NCBI GenBank assembly: GCA_963801355.1
Contig: CAWDEM010000004.1
Coordinates: 160,001 to 224,000, forward strand
Direction of reading: 5' to 3'
DNA length: 64,000 bases
Source of the DNA: Ignavibacteriota bacterium
Lineage (GTDB): Bacteria > Bacteroidota > Ignavibacteria > UBA10030 > UBA6906
The notes under the pieces are model-generated. The model was not told the origin of the DNA. It worked only from the letters and a program-made list of their open reading frames with translations, and searched no databases. This document shows positions 58,989 to 64,000 of this stretch, piece by piece; within the stretch, counting starts at the first letter, position 1; every line of letters begins with the position of its first letter. The translations under genes were made by a program, and so were the position numbers.

Positions 58989-59636
58989 ATGCGTTCGTTC
59001 ATACTTGCTGTTGCGTTGCTCGTAACGACAGCCGCTGTCGCGCAGCCGATTGTCGGAGGGCTCGCTCCTTCGGTCAACTTCGGTGTCCATGCGAATTTCA
59101 TGAATGCGAATTTCCCGGGCCCACAGGTCAACGGAGCCTCTGCGTTGAAAGATGTCTATGGCGCAGGATTCGGCGGCGGAGTTCATCTCGACGTCCAGCT
59201 GGCCATGGTCAGCTTCCGCCTCTCCGGCGACTACCTGTCATTCTCTCCGGACAACGACAAATACCGTCAGGGGCTTGAAGGAATCATCGGAACCGCTGCC
59301 GGCCAGTTCAGCGTCTCCGGCGGCGGGATCACGATGTGGTCCGGCAACCTCAATGCCAAGATGGCGATCCTCCCTCTGCCGATTATCAAGCCCTACCTCA
59401 CCGGTGGCATCGGGTTGGCCCGGCTGAGCGTCGACGATGCGAAGGTCATGCAGGGCGGTGTTGAGACAAAAGCCTACGCGGGATTCGCCTCGGGAACCAA
59501 AACAGCATGGAATTTCGGCGCGGGTGTTGACCTGTCAATCGGAGTCACGCTCTTTCTTGAGGTCAAGTACATGTGGGTGATGACCGATCCGGAGACAAGC
59601 ACGCTTATTCCGGTGACCATCGGCGTGACGTTCTAG
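58989..59636 (+). CDS. Outer-membrane beta-barrel protein (OmpA/OmpW-like, about 8 strands)
   Basis: GGAGGT SD, signal peptide, PYLTGGIG, WNFGAGVD, C-terminal GVTF. Confidence 0.85.
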   Translation: MRSFILAVALLVTTAAVAQPIVGGLAPSVNFGVHANFMNANFPGPQVNGASALKDVYGAGFGGGVHLDVQLAMVSFRLSGDYLSFSPDNDKYRQGLEGIIGTAAGQFSVSGGGITMWSGNLNAKMAILPLPIIKPYLTGGIGLARLSVDDAKVMQGGVETKAYAGFASGTKTAWNFGAGVDLSIGVTLFLEVKYMWVMTDPETSTLIPVTIGVTF

Positions 59637-61076
59637 TGTAGATGGTGTTCCGGGTCTTGCGGGGCATCGCACGCACCGGCCTGGCTGGCAGTATGATTGG
59701 TGCAGTTCAATCGCCCCGAGGTGAAGAATTGCCGAGTCAATGGCCGTACGCCCGCGGAGCACATGCAGCTCGACGGTTCGCGTAACGCTGTTGCGCGGCG
59801 GGGTGGGCAGGGCCCCGGCCACTGCGCGCGCGTGCCGGCAGAGGACGCGGTCATTGAAGAGACGGCCGTAGAGCAACGCCATCGGCACAAGAGTATTCAT
59901 GATGATGGCATCGATGCGATGCGGCCCGAGGGCGATCGGCGTGCCGGTTCTCCTGTTCCGGAAGTGCAGGTGGCGGTCCCAGAACCCGTCGGGCGTAAAC
60001 ACAAATGCCGAGCGCAGCCTCTTCACGCGCGCGCGGGAAGGAAGTCCGGCGGAACGGAATATCTCAAGTATCCGGCGCGCGCCGGACTCGTTGAAGAGCG
60101 CCGGCAGAAGAAACACGAAGGCAGCAAGCCGGCCGGTGGGAAAATTGACCGGACGCAGACGGAAGAACAGCCATTCGGCTTCATGAAGCAGAGGGCGATG
60201 GATCTGTCGCCGGAGTTCCTTCCACCGGCGCCGCAATCGGCGCACGTACCGCACGGACGCTTGTTCCTTCACGCCGCGTGGTGAAGGCAACAGGCCCGAA
60301 GCTCCGAAAAGAATCGCCATCATAGTTTCCCTGTCCGTGAGAGACCAGCGCTGCAACAGCTTCAGCGGCACATTCTGTGCGAGCTCGCTGAACGGCTTCT
60401 TGTTCTTGACATATCCCAGTCCTTCCATAATGCCCTCATAGAGCATCTGATCCCATGCGGGTTGAGCGTTCAGCTCGCACAGTGTCCATCTCTCCGCCGT
60501 TGTGCGCTCACCCTCCGGAGCCTTTCTGTAGCAGCGTCGCTGTTCATGCACGGTCCAGTGCTCTTCCCGGAGCAGTTCGTTGAGCCGTGCCTCAAGGGTG
60601 TGCATCCGGCGCCTGATGCGCCGCCATCCGAGACGCTGCAAGATCCGGCGGAGGGATGCCGCCGGAACAGGACCGGGTTGGCGGACACATGGGGGGGTCA
60701 CCGGGGAAGGGGCGGCTGAGGGTGTTCCATCCGGAGGCAGGATGAGGATCGGGACGATCCGCTTTCCCGCCGTGTGTGTGGGCAGAAGCGTGCTGTGGCA
60801 CTCGCCCACGACGTGGAGGATGACACTGTTGTAGTGTGCGTCTGTGTCGTGATGATGTGCCGCCCAGTCACGTGCATGCAGATGCACCTCCACAGTGCCG
60901 CGATACAAGCGCCCATCGAGGCGTATCAGCCCGTCAGTGTAGTCCGGTCCGCCATCACTATTCGGTACTCCGGGCGAAAGCACAATCAGAGGGCGGCCGT
61001 CGGCAGTATACAGGAGGGAGGTCGAAAGGAGTCGTTCCCACGCGCGGCGGATGGATACTTCTGAGATTCCATCCAT
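59535..61076 (-). CDS. DUF2851 family protein
   Basis: PG.PN.DGGPDY, G.VEVH, W..H.H..D.HYN.VILHVV, LGY.KNK.PF, RLRP.NFP, C-terminal C....C..C; start ATG 61076 (track gives 61124). Confidence 0.85.
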   Translation of the reverse strand: MDGISEVSIRRAWERLLSTSLLYTADGRPLIVLSPGVPNSDGGPDYTDGLIRLDGRLYRGTVEVHLHARDWAAHHHDTDAHYNSVILHVVGECHSTLLPTHTAGKRIVPILILPPDGTPSAAPSPVTPPCVRQPGPVPAASLRRILQRLGWRRIRRRMHTLEARLNELLREEHWTVHEQRRCYRKAPEGERTTAERWTLCELNAQPAWDQMLYEGIMEGLGYVKNKKPFSELAQNVPLKLLQRWSLTDRETMMAILFGASGLLPSPRGVKEQASVRYVRRLRRRWKELRRQIHRPLLHEAEWLFFRLRPVNFPTGRLAAFVFLLPALFNESGARRILEIFRSAGLPSRARVKRLRSAFVFTPDGFWDRHLHFRNRRTGTPIALGPHRIDAIIMNTLVPMALLYGRLFNDRVLCRHARAVAGALPTPPRNSVTRTVELHVLRGRTAIDSAILHLGAIELHQSYCQPGRCVRCPARPGTPSTLERHADGHRNKRACLRIGHHPHVLDLKKERDSD

Positions 61077-61139
61077 ACTGAGGCACCATAACGATGAACA
61101 CCCTTTCGACCGGGAGATCGGCATCCGGCCGCGGGTGTG

Positions 61140-61970
61140 TTACGCGACGACGCGATATCCGTTGATCTGGTCGCGCATCGTCGATGCAGCGCTCCTGGCG
61201 GCGTGAGCGAAGTCTTCTCCGGCGGAGGCGTAGATCACGTTCCGTCCGGCGTTGATAATAGCGAGGAAGCCGTCCTTGTCGCAGCCGTACTGTACAGCCC
61301 GCCTGAGATCGCCCCCCTGTGCCCCGACGCCGGGGATGAGCAGGGGAAGCCGGGGTGCGAGTGACCGGATGCGTTTCAATTGGGACGGCCGGGTTGCCCC
61401 GGCGACGAGGCCGAGGTTTCCTTGCGTGTTCCACCGTTTGACGCGTGCGATCACCTGCTCGTAGAGCGGTTTTCCGGCGCTTTTCAGGTACTGAAGATCT
61501 CTCGCCCCCGGGTTTGAGGTGAGTGCGAGCACAAAGACGCCGTGCCAGGCGGAACGGAAAAATGGTTCGAGGGAATCGCGGCCCATATACGGATGCACGG
61601 TGGACGCGTCGAAGCGCAATTCGTTCACGAGGGCGCGCGCATAGAGTTCTGAAGAATTTCCGATATCTCCCCGCTTGCCGTCAGCGATGGCAATAACAGA
61701 CGCGGGGATATGCTCCCGTGTCTTGTGCAGCACCGTCCATCCCTGTTCGCCGAGTGCCTCATAGAACGCCAGATTCAATTTGTACGCGCATGCAAGATCA
61801 TGCGTGGCATCGATCAGCCGTTTATTGAACTCAAGGACACCTTCGGGAGTCCGGGGGAGATGTGCGGGAAGTCTCGCGATGTCAGTGTCGAGGCCGATAC
61901 AGAGAAGAGAACGCTGCGAGCCCTGCAGTGCACGGAGGCGCTCGGTAAAAGGTGTCACGGTGTTTTCCAT
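61140..61970 (-). CDS. pyrF: Orotidine-5'-phosphate decarboxylase
   Basis: LCIGLD, YKLNLAFYE, DGKRGDIGNS, TSNPG, LLIPGVGAQGG. Confidence 0.96.
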   Translation of the reverse strand: MENTVTPFTERLRALQGSQRSLLCIGLDTDIARLPAHLPRTPEGVLEFNKRLIDATHDLACAYKLNLAFYEALGEQGWTVLHKTREHIPASVIAIADGKRGDIGNSSELYARALVNELRFDASTVHPYMGRDSLEPFFRSAWHGVFVLALTSNPGARDLQYLKSAGKPLYEQVIARVKRWNTQGNLGLVAGATRPSQLKRIRSLAPRLPLLIPGVGAQGGDLRRAVQYGCDKDGFLAIINAGRNVIYASAGEDFAHAARSAASTMRDQINGYRVVA

Positions 61971-62803
61971 CGTTGTTTTTCCTCTTCTGTCAGCAGTTCA
62001 TTCATGGAGCCGGTGCGGTATCCTTGCAGGTCAAGCGTGACATACGTGAACCCGAGTTGTTTGAAGCGTGCGATAAGTTCGCCGCGCAGGGGTTCTTTGA
62101 TCAGACGTTCAATCTCTGTGGGATCCACTTCCACACGTGCCGTGCTGGCGTCGTGGAAGCGCACCCGGAAGCGACGAAAACCGTTGTCGCGGAGAAAAGT
62201 CTCGGCGGCGTCAACCCGGTTCAGGTTTTCACGAAGAATGGGAGTGCCGTAAGGGAAGCGGGACGAGAGACAGGCAAATGACGGCTTGTCCCAGGTAGAC
62301 AGACCCAGATGGCGGGAGAGCTCCCGGACGTCGGCTTTCGAAAAGCCTGCTTCCAGCAACGGCGAGCGGACCTCCCCCTCGGAGCGGGCCCGCATACCGG
62401 GCCGGAAGTCGCCAAGGTCATCTGTGATGGTTCCGTCAGCGATCCAGAGAATGCCTTCCCGTCGGGCAATATCACGGAGCTTGCCGAACAGCTCCGTTTT
62501 GCAGTAATAGCATCGGTCCGGAGGGTTTTCCTGGAACTTGAGCTCATCGGTCTCTTCCGTGCGCACAATTTCGTATCGTGCGCCGATGGTCCGGGCCAGG
62601 GCAAGTGCCTCTTCGAATTCCCGGGTCGGGTATGTTTCCGAGCGGCCGATCATTGCCAGGGTTTTTCCGCCGAGCTGATCGACTGCAACTTTCAGCAGAA
62701 GCGTGCTGTCCACTCCGCCGGAATATCCGATGACCAGACTCTGCATGTCATCCAGGATGCGCCGCAGGGCGCCATATTTTTCCTCGAGTGCCGGGTTGAG
62801 CAT
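61955..62803 (-). CDS. larE: LarE-family ATP-dependent sulfur transferase
   Basis: PP-loop SGGVDS, NPPDRCYYCK, DDLGDFRPG, KPSFACLSSRFPYG, DLQGYRTGS; start at ATG 62803. Confidence 0.9.
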   Translation of the reverse strand: MLNPALEEKYGALRRILDDMQSLVIGYSGGVDSTLLLKVAVDQLGGKTLAMIGRSETYPTREFEEALALARTIGARYEIVRTEETDELKFQENPPDRCYYCKTELFGKLRDIARREGILWIADGTITDDLGDFRPGMRARSEGEVRSPLLEAGFSKADVRELSRHLGLSTWDKPSFACLSSRFPYGTPILRENLNRVDAAETFLRDNGFRRFRVRFHDASTARVEVDPTEIERLIKEPLRGELIARFKQLGFTYVTLDLQGYRTGSMNELLTEEEKQRWKTP

Positions 62804-62820
62804 GTTGCATCCATCCGTGT

Positions 62821-62860
62821 GAACGAAACGACCTCGCCCCACCGAGGCGGAGCGAGGTCG
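62821..62860 (-). terminator. Intrinsic terminator after the TPR gene
   Basis: Minus strand CGACCTCGCTCC-GCCTCGGT-GGGGCGAGGTCG followed by TTTCGTTC. Confidence 0.65.
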
Positions 62861-62882
62861 GCGGTCGACGCCGTTGCGCCGC

Positions 62883-64000
62883 CTACTTCCGCAGGAGATT
62901 CTTAAATTCTTTCATTGTCTTGACCCCGGGGAATTCGCGCTCGAAATCCTTGCGCATGTTCGGATCAAGACGGAATGAGCTTTTCAGAGATTCTACTGCT
63001 TCAAAGTTGCGGTTCAGTACCATGAGTACTTTGGCCCGCAGATAGAACGATTCAGCCGACTTGGGGTTCACATCCACAGAACGGTCAAAGGCTTTGAGTG
63101 CCTGGCGAAAATACCCCAGCTCAAAGAGCGTCTCGCCGTAATCAAGCCACGCCTCAAAGTTGCGGGGATCAAGCCGGGTCACCATCCGGTAGCTCACGAG
63201 CGATTCACGGAGCTTTCCCATATTGTACAGGAGATCGGCCTTCGCGTACCAGAGTTCGGGATATTCCCGGTAGAGCGCGATCGCTTTGTTGTAGTCCGCC
63301 AGCGCCCGGCGAAAGTCCTCCATGGCGTCATAGCAGCTGCCGCGGCCGAAATAGGACTCATAATGGGTGTCGTCAAGCTTGATGGCCTGTGTAAAGCTAT
63401 TGATGGCATGCGTATATTCGGCAAGCTCTTCGTAAGCGTTCCCGAGGTTGTGCCAGGCGGGCAGGTCCCGGGGCTCAAGACGGAGTGTCTCCTGGTAGCA
63501 CTCGACAGCATCGTGCAGGCGGCCCAGGTTTGCCAGGGCATTCCCCTTGTTATACCAGGCCGCAGGAAAGTCCTCACGAATTGCCAGAGCGGTGTCGTAA
63601 CTCTCTAGAGCCCTGTGGAATTGGCCGATCCGGCTCAGGACGATACCGCGGTTGTACCAGGCGTTGAAATTGTAGGGGTCACGGTCGATATGCTCGTCAT
63701 AGCACCGCAGCGAGTCTTCAAGCTGGTCCAGATAGTCATAGCAGTATCCCAGCTCGTACCATGCTTCACGGTGGTCGGGGTTTCCATCCAGGATGAACCG
63801 CAGGATTTGGGCGGCATCATCGTATTTTTCCATCTTTTCGAGCGTAACGGCCTTATTGAAAAGAGCTTCCCCATTGGTCGGTTCGATGTCAAGGGCCCGG
63901 TTGTAGCTAGCGATGGCCTCCTCGAGTCTCCCCAGCTCGTCCAGAGCAATCCCGCGGTTGACAAGGATCTCCGTGTCCACCGGGTTCAGGTTCAGTGCCG
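62883..64000 (-). CDS. Tetratricopeptide repeat protein (5' end outside the window)
   Basis: Regular 34-aa TPR units (AWYNRG, AWYELG, AWHNLG); frame stays open past 63980 to the window edge. Confidence 0.92.
   Translation of the reverse strand, partial: ALNLNPVDTEILVNRGIALDELGRLEEAIASYNRALDIEPTNGEALFNKAVTLEKMEKYDDAAQILRFILDGNPDHREAWYELGYCYDYLDQLEDSLRCYDEHIDRDPYNFNAWYNRGIVLSRIGQFHRALESYDTALAIREDFPAAWYNKGNALANLGRLHDAVECYQETLRLEPRDLPAWHNLGNAYEELAEYTHAINSFTQAIKLDDTHYESYFGRGSCYDAMEDFRRALADYNKAIALYREYPELWYAKADLLYNMGKLRESLVSYRMVTRLDPRNFEAWLDYGETLFELGYFRQALKAFDRSVDVNPKSAESFYLRAKVLMVLNRNFEAVESLKSSFRLDPNMRKDFEREFPGVKTMKEFKNLLRK

Overview
Chromosomal origin region of a GC-rich bacterium, probably an FCB-superphylum lineage related to Ignavibacteria. 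That placement is inferred from the PorV-like, DUF2851 and DUF4159/DUF4175 genes, a dcw cluster lacking murB/ddl, and TTGaca-N17-TAnnnT promoters with Shine-Dalgarno sites. Gene order: gyrB(partial)-dciA-recF-dnaN-[oriC]-dnaA on the minus strand; rpmH-rnpA-yidD-yidC-mnmE-mnmG-rsmG-murQ-mfd; dcw cluster mraZ...ftsZ with one extra membrane-protein gene; DUF4159-DUF4175-M14 peptidase; ECF sigma; lon; dnaX; a ~320-nt highly structured non-coding region; PorV-family gene; a four-gene minus-strand operon (secreted protein, FecR protein, outer-membrane barrel, CHASE2 adenylate cyclase); rseP-dxr; TPR/hypothetical/OMP genes; DUF2851, pyrF, larE and a partial TPR gene. No tRNA, rRNA, CRISPR array or mobile element was seen. 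Most notable: an unidentified multi-stem RNA downstream of dnaX, a candidate trans-envelope cAMP signalling operon, an A10 slippage site in dnaX with stops in both shifted frames, two parS sites that double as the first codons of mnmG and rsmG inside a local low-GC trough, and a DnaA-box/DnaA-trio unwinding module in a bipartite oriC. All calls are by eye, without database searches or folding programs.
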